Source of the DNA: Phoronis australis
Lineage: Eukaryota; Animalia; Phoronida
NCBI GenBank assembly: GCA_002633005.1
Contig: NMRA01000023.1
Coordinates: 1,112,194-1,176,193, forward strand
Length of the DNA: 64,000 bases
Direction: 5' to 3'
The notes beneath the pieces were generated by a model, which did not search any database, had not been told where the DNA came from, and worked only from the letters and a program-made list of their open reading frames with translations. Both the position numbers and the translations under genes were made by a program. Positions within the stretch are counted from its first letter, which is position 1. Every line of letters starts with the position of its first letter. Of this stretch, positions 11,093 to 24,400 are shown in pieces.

Positions 11093-12274
11093 CCATTTAG
11101 TTTTCTAACAATTGAATATATTAACTGTATCAACTCGGAAGTGGTTAAGCTGTGCCCCAGCCAACGATAGAGTAACTCTCCAGATTGGTGTGGACCCTTA
11201 GGTGACGTGATGCCATCTTAGTAGTAGGTGATCACCCCACCTGATGTTGATCTGCACATTATATCTGTATCAGTACAAATACTCTAAATAAAATGGTTAT
11301 AGGTCAAGCACACAATTGTACCAGTATCAAAATGATTTGAGAACTGACCTACTTTACAAGAGGCCGGAGTGCATTTGTTTGATTTGAAAGGTATGTCATG
11401 TCTGTTAAAATTCAAAATTTATACAGGTCTGTTATAAGACTTTCATATGAAATTTTGTCTTAGGGTCCTCATAACCACTATGATTTACGGAAAAGGAAAT
11501 AAATCACTTCAACAAAGTCCAAAGTCTTTGCTAACCAAGTAATCATCCGTGATATGCTGACAGTTACAATGAAATCTCTCACTAATTTGGGACACAATTT
11601 GGCATACAATTGAAATTGTATTTCATCATTTTTCCATCCAACATTTGTTGCACCAAGTTATTCATGCGTTTCCATGCTCAAGGTTTTTACCACAGCTACA
11701 ATTAGGCAAGGTCTTATTGTAGACATTTTCAGTAATGTTATAAGCTCTTGAAGACCATTTTTGCTAATTGTTTTTGTTCGAAATTGATGGCAAAAAGAAA
11801 CTGTTTTCTATAATAGTTAAGCGGAAGCATTAGACAAAGTTTGGTTTCAGTCTTTATTTCACTTTTGGCTGATCATGGACAGTCTGTATTTTATTTGACT
11901 CTTACGCTCCTTGCATTTATGTGTGTCAGACATTAATACTTTTCCTGATCATTAGCTAAATCGATTGTCATATAGTCTGTCCTGGAAGTATCAAAAATGG
12001 AGTAACACACAAAGTACATTTCTGTATCTTTTTGGAGTTATCAGCTGCAAATTAAGACAAGTGAATTAATGCCCTTAAAGTTTATTTGAACTACTCCTTA
12101 AATATGATCCCTACATTAGGCACTGTCAATCAAAATGTTGAAATCCTCTGAGTCAACAATTTTACCACGAATATTTTTGTTGGAAGTTGATGAGATTTCT
12201 TGATTTTTTTCCACGGAGAAGGATATTAACTGTTTGCTTATCGTGCATTGTTTTCCTGTTTTTTATTTCCAGAA

Positions 12275-12411
12275 ATGGAAGGCACCTCTTCAGGAGGTAT
12301 TGAAACTGAACCGGCGATTATTGCTTCAAATATATACAAATCTTACAAAGTTGGTCGAAAACAAGTGCATGCTTTGAATGACTTGTCAATACACGTTCCA
12401 GTTGGAGCAAT
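12275..12411 (+). CDS. ABCH: ABCH-like coding exon 1
   Basis: Acceptor at 12271-12272, ATG at 12275; [45 protein letters not shown](I); donor gtaagt. Confidence 0.85.
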
Positions 12412-15400
12412 GTAAGTACATACATTCAAGCAGTGAGCAAGTAAACTACTCTAATGTTCAATTCACATGAAGCAGAGCTGCTCAGGAGGTACAGAAAATA
12501 GTTTCTGAACAGGCAACCAACGAAATTAAAATTGTATTAGCCGTTGGTAAATACTTTGTCACTTTATTTTTTTCAACAATTGTTTTAATATTATGCTTTT
12601 ATTTGCAACGAACTTCAGTTGCTTGAAATGTGGTAAGGGAGGGACTCTTCTACGGTAAATACAATGTATAAGTGGACAGAAACACACTATTTACATTGTA
12701 TTGCTTGGGTAAAGTGGCATTGCCTTGTAATTTTTTTCATCATTGAATGTCATCTTTGCTGCCCATTATGGTGGTTGTCCTGTATTGTCTTGGTGTGCCG
12801 TCCTGTTACCCATTGTGTGGAAGAGAATTTAACCTCCCGTCCTGCAGTGTGGAGGTGTGAGAAGATTTTCAAACTTATGCAGTGATATCTCTCGTGATTT
12901 CAGTTTTTGTCAAATTAGTGCTGAAATATGTTAGATTTAGCCTTTGCCCACCTGTCATGAACAGTCTTGACATGGAGATAGGCTATCTTTAAGAGTTGGT
13001 AGTACTTAAGGGTCAGTTGTACTTAATGTAAAAGGATGAGGATGAACATGTTGCATGCGTCCTGCATAATAACTTCATGAAAATTTGAAACTGGGATATT
13101 TTATTTAAAAAAATTAAATCGTCTTGGTTGAAATCAATGATTTTGGGCCACTTAGTGCCCATTTTAAATTTTGATTTTACCCCTAGTGGTGTTTTTTGTG
13201 TCAATGGCTGTATCTCGATTTGCCTTTGCAAGAACTTTGTGAAATGTGACAGATGTGTTGCTATAGAGCTGACAACAGATGATGACAAGTTCCAGGCCAA
13301 TCCGATGACTGGTGTGTCCGCTAGTGGCAATTTTTGTTGTCTAGGACTTTATTCTGCCATCTTTGGAGTTCATTGATTGGTGGAATTTCATGAAAATTGG
13401 CAACTCATTTTATTTTAGAGAGATAACGATATCATTCCATTATTGGACGGGTTCGATGTATTCTGTGCGATCTAATGGCCACTTTTACGATTACTAATTA
13501 ATACCCCTAGAGGCATACCGTTTGCAGTGCGGTCATGGCCGCCTTTCTCCATGTTGCTCTGACTTGATAACTGTTTATTATACTAATTCCAGATACGGGT
13601 TATTGGGCCCCAGTGGTTGTGGTAAGACCTCATTGCTTCGATGCGTGGTTGGAGCCACGTCAGTGGATGCAGGCTTTATAAGGGTCTTAGGTTCACGCCC
13701 TGGATCATACAGACATGAAGTGCCGGGCAAAAGGGTCGGTTATATGCCACAGGTAACTATATGGAGACTCTGTGAGTGGATACAAGGCTCATGGCACCAA
13801 TTCGATGCAAAAATCGACCAATCACTTCATGTGAAACTGGAAAGATGACTTAAAGCGTAGTATGTGATTTGTCAATTTTTGAGTCTAATGTAATTGCCCA
13901 GCAGTTTGAATTTCATGAAGGATTTCTCAATAGATGTATCTGGCTTATCTTTGTGCCTGACTGGTGGCTTGACTTAGTAATTCATCGTCCAAGCAGTCTG
14001 TTGAATTTTTTCAACATAATGCCAAGATATTTCATGAACCAAACATGTAAAACATTGTGGAAAGAACCCCCTCCCCCTATGGGGCTTTTTGAAACCTTGT
14101 TTCTGAAAGAGTTCGCGTTGGGCCTTCTTCTTGGTGAGAATTCTTTCAGATATCTGAACTATGTAATCTCTGTAGTAGTGAGGAACAGTACACTACCTCA
14201 TGACACAGGTAATTCTCCACTTAGTTTGCCTGGAAATAGTTGCTGTTTTCTCCTTTTCAAAGTCTGTTTACCTCGCTGCAAATAATGGAAACTTTTCCAA
14301 CAAGGTTAGGCAATCATTCCAATAAGATTAGACAGTCATTCCAATAAGATTAGACAGTCATTCCAATAATATTAAACAGTCATTCTAATAAGATCTCACT
14401 TGTCTCTGATATTGTGTGCTAAGTAGCTAAAGAATTTTATGTTGATGTGGTACAAGTAACCGTTCATACTCATTCCACTCAGTGTCTTAAGTCCAGGGTC
14501 AGTAAGTTGGGGTAGGTTTTTATGGACCATCACTTAACAAGTGTGCTGTAGTTTGTTTACATTACAGCTTCACATTTGATTTACAGCAGTGATGAACACT
14601 CAGGCTGTCTGTGAGTGGAATGTGCCTGAGTGTTCAGTTATTTAAACTGTTGCATTTTTCTCTTATAATTTTGATATTTTATTTTGAAGTATGCTATGTC
14701 GACCACAACGGTTGTTTTTGGTCAAAATCAAACCACATTTGGCAAAGATACGCCTACATATCCAAATTAAAACAAGATACCCATTCCAATGAAATTGTAT
14801 CAATGCGTTTAAAGTTACAGTTGTTACATTTCATTTAATTGTCGTGGGCTTTAGAGTGATTTTTAAATTGTCACAACAAGACGTTGCTGTGTAACCATCT
14901 GCTTTCCAGAAAATCTTAGGCATTACTGAGCAAATTCGACTTCCCAAATCAAGAAGTAAAGGAGTCCTTCAACACTTGGCTTTTTGTTATGAGACCCCTG
15001 ATAGTAGAATAAATAAAATTGTAACACCATGCATCACTATCAAGAAACAAAGCTAGCAGAGTACAGATGTGCTAGACACTCTCTGCACACTTAGTTCCAT
15101 TGAAGAACACCATTATCTGTGACCTGGCATACAGATGTTTTCATTCTGGGTCTTAGTTAAGTGTTGTGTAAACAACCTACCCTTGTGAACTGAGCTCAGA
15201 CCCTTAGTGAAATGCTGGGACATATTCAAAATGTCTTGTTATCACCCCCACATCAGTTTCTTAATGTTACTAAACTATAGCGTTATTCCAGGAAATGGCT
15301 CTGTACAATGAGTTCTCCATTAGTGAGACCCTCAGTTTCTTTGGCCGACTTCACGGAATGAAACGTCAAGATGTCGAAGAAAGAAAGAAATTCCTAATAA

Positions 15401-18400
15401 CATTCCTTGATTTACCAGAGGCAGGACGGCGAGTGGACAAGCTCAGGTGAGTGACATTTAGTGTGATCAACATGTCATTAGGTATTCTCATTACTAGTCA
15501 CTCAGTACTTATCATTACTCAGCATTGATTTCATTTGGTGCTACTTATCTTTTTAATGAAAAAAAGTAAATTCCCCTTGTCCTCCATATTCTGTCCTAAA
15601 TTGGTGACATTTTGCTGACTGTTGATAGTATTTCATTTAGGCTTAAAGTGTATGTTGTTCTAGATTTGTCTATTTTAGAAGAAGTGCTTCAACTGTTCCT
15701 AAGGATATACAATTCGTTTGAGACTGATCAAGGTCAGTCAACGAATGAGGGCCTTCATGAAATACACTCAAATATAATGAAAATTTTTTACTTTGGATCA
15801 GTTTGGCATGAATTTTATTTTGTCATATTGCTCCCAGGAAAAATGCTCTAAAATTTACTTCATTATTAAGGTGCAATTTTCCTATACATCTGTCTAAGAA
15901 CAAGGTTTGCTACAATTTTTGTAGCAATATCAAGGTAGCTTATATATATAAAAAGTGAGATTTGGCAACTTTCGGAAATTATCTTTTTTCAAAAATTGAA
16001 GAATTGTTACTGCTTCCTTCTCTTTGGAAAAGGTATCTCATCGCAACAGATCCTAGTCTCTAAATTACTAAGCCTAGTACTCAAATTGTCTGGGTTACAG
16101 CATAACACTGAAAACCAATTCCAGCCACACGCGGTTGTTTTTCTGATGTTCATGGCCAAAGGATTGACGACAAAATTTGCATTCTTCTCATTATCCATTA
16201 TATGTTACTTGGGAAAGACCTGCAGGCTACAATATCAGATTCCATAGAGCACCTATCCCAGCTTTATGTAGCCCTTCCCTTGAGAGGTCACCCAACATAG
16301 AGCCTGTCTTAGACCATGGCTCATTAAATATGCCTGTCGAATGGTTTCAGTGGTGGCCAGCGTCGCCGCGTATCATTTGCCATAGCCTTGCTACAGGAGC
16401 CAGAATTGTTGATCCTTGACGAGCCTACTGTAGGTGTCGACCCCCTACTGAGAGAACGGTAAGCATGTTGTATGCCACCCCATTCCACAGGGTGAGACAT
16501 AAAATGTGGAAACCCGCTGAAAAATTAGTTGTTTTTTTTTGTTGTGGAACTGAATGTACGGGATTGTAAATTTTGTATTTAAGAAAAAAACAGTTTTTTT
16601 CAAATTGAAGTTTGGCATAAATTTTAGTTTTCAAATTAATGCATTGTGTAGTTCATTTGACATATGAATTAATTTGATTACCATACCTGATTTTAAAAGT
16701 TAATAATATAGAATGCAACTTAATTCGGATTATAATATGAAATCAGGAGTAATCCAGTTTCGTGTATAAGACAAAAAAATTCAGATCAGTATGCACATAC
16801 TCATGGCCTCATAGACGTACTGGAACTGAGAATTTCACAAAATGTTTGAATAATTTTTTCACCTCTAAAATTGGCAATTCTTTGAAGCAAGCACCAAGGC
16901 TCATTTTCAAATCGAGTGTCTTCCGGGTTTTCGCCATTACTTTGACAAAGCCAGACAAATTTTGACAAAAGTTGACCGCCAGCGTTTCTCTCAAATCCAC
17001 TGTACCGTAGACTGTCAAAAGTAAGTCACAGCTGCAATACTCTTTTTGATTTTTACAGGATCTGGGAGCATCTTCTGACCATTTCCCGTTCGTCTAAGAC
17101 CACAATTGTGATCACTACACACTATATAGAGGAAGCCAGGCAAGCTTCTATGGTAACAATTTTTGCAACATACAGTAATTGGAACTTGTACGTATCTTAA
17201 TTTGAGCAAGCATCTAGCCTGGCTTGTGGCGCAGTCACCTTTTGAAAACATTTTATAATTCCAAAATTTGAGTCACCCAGTTTCCCACTCGCAATATGGT
17301 AATCTCACTTCAATTTTGTAAGGCATTAATTGCCAACACTTGTCTGGTGCTTTTCCGTTTTTAAGACTAACGTTCCATGTGTTTGTTTAGCAATAGCTGC
17401 ACAGTACATACTGTGTCAAGAACAGCACCTCTTTTTTAATTTCATGTTTGTTTTAAACAAATTTGTAATAGAAATTTCACTTGACAAATTATTTTCCACC
17501 TGTTCATGTAATGTGCTGTAGCACCTGCCAAGTAAACCCTAATCATTGCTATGCAAGCCTGGCTTACATTAGCCAACCATGAATAGTTATTACAGTGAGG
17601 TGTGTTTTTACCTGGGAAGTGGCACTTGTTGCAATTTGATTTTTGATTAGTTTTTGAAAGCGACATTTTCAGCAAGACAACTAATTTTACCGAAGATTAG
17701 CGGTAGCACGGAGTTGAACCCGCGAGCTCTGCAGTAGCAGCCAAATGCTCTGCCTCTGAGCCCAATTCCGCAAGTTAAATAGCAGAGTATTTTAGGCAAA
17801 CGATAAATGGTAAAGACACTAGGCTAAGCTTTGACTTCAGCTTAGTCTGGCAGACAGCAGGGAGAATTGGTGATTTGTAATGAAGTCACTAAACCACGAC
17901 ATTAAAGTTGTTCCATAGCTTTGGTCAAAGTTAGTAACTTTAAAAAGTCTATCTCATCCAACAATAGTTATTTCAAAATTGTGTTTTTCATTGATTTTGT
18001 AAAATGGATAATGCCCCTTAAAGTTAAAAGTTTTTTAGTCCATGTCAACCATTCTTCATGAGCTCCACCTATCGTGGGCTTAGATATCGTTGTTAAGGGA
18101 AACAGTATTAGATGTGGATATCTGGCCATATCACCATAGGCGGATTTAGGGGGGGGGGNTGGCTGCCGCAAAAAAAATAAAACAGTAAGAGCGTAGGGAA
18201 ATGTTGCGTTTATTGATTAACCCCGGTAATTAAAATTATACGGATGAAAAAATATTTAAATGTGCAGTTTTAGTGTTGGGGGGGGCTCAAATCCAATTTC
18301 AAGTGTCAAATTCGGAACACGGCGCATTCGTAACGGAACTATAGCTAAGCATAGGCTCTCCCGCGATATCCCAGGCGACCGGCAGTGGCGCTGCCCACTA

Positions 18401-21400
18401 CGACTCAGTTTCCGTCGTCTGCTCCACTGTGCAATGAAGAAAATTTACTTCATTTCTAAAGAAAATGGAACCTGAGTGACGACGAAAAAACAGAAGCTGC
18501 TGGTAAGATGTGAATTTTAATCGAAGCCTTAGTGAATCACTCAGAAACTCGCAATACTCTCTTTGCCAAAAGTTATGTTAAGACGATTTCCAAAACAATC
18601 CCGTCATTATTGCCAACACGAAAAACGGATTTGGTCTTTTGGGCATTTAAAGACTATTTTAAATATGACAAATTTGTTAAGAATCGATGGCACAAAACGT
18701 GTAATAAGCATTACAAAAAGAAGTAGGTTTCGCGCGCAAACGCTGTGGACCATAAACAAGTAGGTCTCTTAGTATGAGATTAGTAGCTAAATCGTGATGG
18801 TGTAGTGGTAACGCACGCGCGCAGTATGCGCAAGGTCGTGAGTTCGAGTCTTTGATACTTGATGTTTTTCCTGTTTGACACGTTCTCCGTGTTTCTTTTT
18901 GCCTTTTTTTCTTGGATAATACTTCAGGAATCAAGGAAAGTGCTTGATTTTAGAGGTAAAAACAGAAAAACTTCCTGGGCGGGAGGGGGGCAAACCCCCC
19001 TCCCGACCTCCCCCCATTCGGTGCTACGCGCATCTACAATCGTGGTTCAGTTTGCGCAAATGCTTGCAGCTGGACAAAATGTTAGGCCCCCCCCCTTGTG
19101 ATATCCTAGATCCATTGTATGAATCAGTAATTTTTGAAGTGCAATGAGTTCAAGTCCATTGTTTGTCTAAACATACTTTTTACATGTTGTGTTAAATATT
19201 TGCACAACAACTTGAGGGCCCCTGTGGAAAGCAGTGGAAAGTGATGAGGTTACCGTCATTGTAAATATCACAATGAATAAATGAACAAAATAAAAACAAC
19301 ACTGCCCAAATTAACAGCTTGATTGACAAATTTATATGAGTTGTGTTCAGATACCTGGTGAAATGAAATTTTGGTGATTTAGGCAGGGGCCCTCTGTCAT
19401 GATTAGTTGAATTTGATTAGGAGGTTTTTGGCAAGGGGACTTTGTAATTTGACCAATGGAAATTACAGATGACTAGATTCAAAAAGTTTACTTATTAGTA
19501 ATTAGAATCTGATTTTTGTGAACCAACGTACAAAAAATTTAAGTTCCAGATTTCAGTGAACATCTTGCTAAACCTAAATTTCCTTTGTCAAAAATTCAAA
19601 ATTAAGTGCCTGATCGTTGGTGTTAAACTGAGAAGACCCTCAGCAAGCACACAGTTACCTAATCAATATACAAAGCATTTTAATAATCTACCAGAATGAG
19701 ATTACATTGATGGCAATGCCGATATTCTGTATTTACCTTAGTTGGTATTTTGTTGAAATTTTTTGATCAATTTCAACATTTTCTCAGATTTTCTTCATAA
19801 ATAAATGCGTTTTGCATTGCTCATTACTCTCTGCTTTCATGAATAGGTTGGTCTCATCAGAAGTGGCCGTTGTCTAGCAGAAGCTCCACCTGGTGAGCTG
19901 ATGTTGCATCACAGCTTACCATCTCTGGAGGAAGTGTTTCTAAAACTCTGTTCCCAGGATGAGTCTCGATGTGAAGGCAGAGAGATCATCAGGGCCCTAG
20001 TTAGTATAATGTATCTTTGTCAATATTTCAACAAAATTGCAACATCTAGGTTTTTGCATTTGGTTACCGTTGCAATATTAAGGTAACTGCCGCGATTCTT
20101 GTTTACCAGGTTGTACTTATGTGCAAAAAAGCTGTTAGCTTTAATCCCTACAAAGAACACATGTTATGAAAGGTGGATAAATTTCCTAACTTTTATTTTC
20201 CTGTCTTTATTTTTTCAGGACATATGCATTTTTTTGTTTAAAATGTTGTTCCTCTAATCCTATTTGGTCTTTTGTCAACATGTTGATAATGGCAATTTCG
20301 AGGCAACCGTGTCGCATATTAGGTTCTAGTTTTTCGGAATGAAGTCTTCAAAAATCAAGAGTGCGGCCGTTTTTGCTCAAAAGGCTCTAAAAATCTGATA
20401 ATTAAAAAACTAAGTCAGTCAAAAAATATCGTGTGGAAACATCAAGACAAGTTAATAAAAATAAAAAATTTATATGAAATTTATTCACCTTTCAGAAAAT
20501 TATACCTTGTAGGGTAGATGTTTGCACAATCATATAAATACAATCTGATTAACAAGTTTCACAAGGATATCAACGGTAATTTTTAACTAATTTAGAATCA
20601 TGGAATATGGTGGACAGGAACATTAAAATCATAGGTTGTGACACCAAATTGATGCAGGTTATTACAAATTTGTGTTGCTTAGATTTCATTTGACAATTAG
20701 TTGAAAAATAACAGGAATTCACAACTGTTGCATTTGTGAGAAGTCAAAAGGAAACTTTTGGCAGTTACTTTTGCCCGATACCAATGAATGTTTCACAACC
20801 GTGTCTTGGCACTGTTTATTTTCAGGTTTTGAAACATCAAAATGAATGCTACCTCATCAATTTCATACAGAAATTATTGACCAAACTATATTTTTTATGA
20901 AGAACTTCCTACTTCATTTTGAATGCCCTCAATTTCACAAAACACTGTCCAATGTCACCTACATAGTCTCACGTGTATCAGCACTTAAAAATGATTAAAA
21001 ACCGGACGATCGCCCCACAAATAAAAAAGTTCATGTTTATTTGTGCAGCGATCCTCCGGTTTTTAATGTTACTGTGGCCAAAAACTTATTAAATTAAAAA
21101 TGAGTAAGAATTTAGTTGTCTGGCCACAAAATCATTACCAATCTAATTGTGAGTCAGTACAGGTATAAACTACTCACCTGTCCAATGAAAAAGAACAAAC
21201 TTCCACTTGTCCACCATATTGTATCATAAATTGAGCTCCTATCGTCAACTCCTGGCATGCGGAAATGAAACAATATTACTTGATTGTACATCTAATGTTG
21301 GAAACTTTCATTGGCATTTGCGTTCTTCTTTAATTTTTAGATTTTTCTGATTCATCAGGTTTTCAAGTTGTGGAGTTGTGGTATGAAATCTTACTTGGTC

Positions 21401-24400
21401 CAATCTTACTGTTCAAGGTTCAAGACTCCAATGCAGATGAGCAAACTCCTTTGCTAAATGGGAACTTTGCAGTAGCTAAAGAGAATTCCACTTCCATCCA
21501 GTCTGTACCGAGTGAGTGATAAATAATGAATAAATTGACACGTGTTCCTGGACATTTATGGTGATGTTATTCCACGAGAGAGAATTTCTTCTGAAGAGCG
21601 GAAGAGTGTTTTGATGATCAGATAAAATTTCATTGGGGCCTAAAATTAACTTAGTTTTAGTAACTGAAGAAAAATGAGTTTCTGTAGTTGAAGTAAAAAG
21701 TCATGAAACTGTCGGGCTTGATTCTCCCAATTCAAACACGTCATCCTATTGGATTACAGCTACGTAATATGTCTGAAGCAGTCTGTGTTGGGGTCGTTCC
21801 ATAGTATTTGAAAATTGTTTTGATACCATTATCGCAACTGCAATGTATTCTCATTATGAATTTGCTTTAGTTAGCTATCAGAGGGATGATTTACTCAATA
21901 TTTAGGATGTGACTCTAATTAACATTTAAATTTTTAGATTGTCTGGTAATTTTGGCTGAGAAACTTATTATTACTAAATATATTCAAAATAGAGTCATCT
22001 CTTTCTTTCACTTCTTTATTTACACAAGGCAAAGTTCACACAAATTAATGTAAATTGTTTGCAGAATCAATGAACTGAGTTGGCAACTGTCATGTTTGTT
22101 ATACTCGAACTTGTTTCAAGATCAAACTCGGGGTTGTTATTAAGCATGGTCAGTATTGACTTATTTTATTCAAATCACAACAATGTTAAGATAAAATAAA
22201 GTGGAGCAAACACTCAGCATTACTCACTCAGTGTTTTGTCTTAGAAAGCACACTGGTCGACCTTCAGGAATAGGACATCAAAATATTAAACAGATAGCAG
22301 GGACAGCAATATTGTGAAATTGAGATCCTCTTCTCTCAAACCTTTACTGTTCCACGATTATTTGACAGAACTGAGATTATATTATGAAGCATAAAAAAGT
22401 GACAATACTTTTTAAATTTTGAGATATTGGTTGAGGCACTGAGTACGTTTAGTGTCAATACTGTTCCTGGTTTGCACTTAGATATCCAGCATGATATGGC
22501 CACTGGTGCACAGCGCTAGGTTTCATTCAAGATTTCATTTTCCTTATTTGTCAAATATTTGTTTTTTGTTTTCAGTTATAGAGAAGAGACCTTTGAAACA
22601 GAAGTGCTTGGACAACTGCATGTTACCAAAGTTAATGAACATTTTTGCACTCATCTTGAAAAACCTTGTGTTGTGGAAGGGCAACCCAGGGTATGTGCTA
22701 CTTTTGAGGAGACAAAAGACCGGAGTGTCAGAAAAGATGAAATTGAATTTGCATCGTTATCTCTTTGTCATCTGCTTTTGAGTTAATTTCCAGAACATTT
22801 GCTTTAGGTTATCATAATGCGCAATTAATCTTCATGGTTTTCAAGGATTTAATATACTACCCTCACCAATAAATGCTCGCCACGGCATTATGTTGTCAAA
22901 ACCTAAACATGGTTATTCTTCACTTATGACATAGTCACAAAAATAATTGCTCACTATTAAGTAAAAAGTTATTTAATTGCTGGTCAATATGTTGATGCAT
23001 GTCATGGAGTCTATCAATTGTTGTGTACATCTACACAGTACCAAACAATCCAGTAATAGCTTATAATTTTCTTAGGTTTTCTCTATCAAAAGTTTCACTT
23101 ACTTGTTAGTGTCCGCCACATCGTTTCTTAAATTGATGGAAAATTATCATTTAATATCTTCTTGATAATAAATCAAGCAGAAGGTTGTGAATTGTCCTTC
23201 AGTCCTTGCCTCCACTGAAAATCTAATTTAATTTGAAAACATTAGTCACAAAGTTTTCACTTTCTAAGTTTTGCTATGAATTTTGATGAATTCACTGCCT
23301 TTCTTTTTTGCTTAATGGTTATTTTTTATGTGTTTTTTTTTCAGATTTGTAGGCTTTGAGTTCATACTTCCCGCCTTTCAAATCGTGTTTTTCTGCCTCT
23401 GTGTTGGTCCAGACCCTCGTGACCTGAACGTAGCCACCGTTAACTGGGACACAGGCCCATTTGGGAGCCAGATTTTACAACACATTGATAACGATTCTGT
23501 TATACAGGTACGAATTGTGGTCTTTTGACAATTGCGCTGCAGCAAGTACAAGGGATTTGTTAGTATTCAGAAGATTAACACTCAGAAAATGAACAAACTA
23601 AAGTGATGATTAAACTCTGCCATCGTTGTAAACTGACATATAATACTAAGTTGTAGTTTTCTTTTATTTTTTGATGTACATTATTTCATTGAACTTTAAT
23701 CGGTGTAAGTTTAGTATTACGTCGCATTTCTTATCTGACCAATTTAGTGATTAAACACAAAAATGTCGGTGTCCTTGTAAAGGGACATTATTTTCGAGAA
23801 AATTGGTTTTCTGAGATCAGTCTTAGTGCGTAATGAAATTTGAACCACCCCCTTCCCCCCGGTTACAGTCTAAGGCTGCTTTCATGGATCTTAATGTCAG
23901 CTAATGTGTGGCAGACAACGCTGAAAATTGGTGATTTGTAATAGAGTAATAAAACGCAGCAAAGTTTTGTTGTTTTACAGCTCTGGTAAAAACTAATAAC
24001 TTCGAGAAGTCTGTCTCACCCAACTTATCACAAAAAGTGTTATTCGGTTGTAAAACAGTAACGTCCTTATCATTCTGAAAACCATAAAAGCATTATACAG
24101 AAGGACATGAACTACATTTTTAGTGAAAACAGAAGCATAAAGTAATATGCAAATCATTAGTTTTAATTAACGAATTTGCTCTTTATGTGAGGTTAACCAG
24201 GCCCTTATATTTTATTTTGTAGAAAGATTTTGTTGACTTCGAAGCAGCATACGATAGTGTGAGAAAGGGTGATTGTTGGGCTGTCATGAAGATTCCTGAA
24301 AACTTCACGACAGATTTAATGAAAAGGTGAACTGTAGTATAATAATAATTATTTTTTTTAGAATTGCAAAATCTGACTTTCTTTATGGAACAATGAAGAT

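Noticed and set aside
14311-14394. CRISPR-like direct repeats
   Set aside because: Head-to-tail units without spacers, inside a eukaryotic intron, with no cas genes.
17701-18851. Functional tRNA genes
   Set aside because: A and B boxes are present, but acceptor and anticodon stems do not pair; treated as SINE-like relics.
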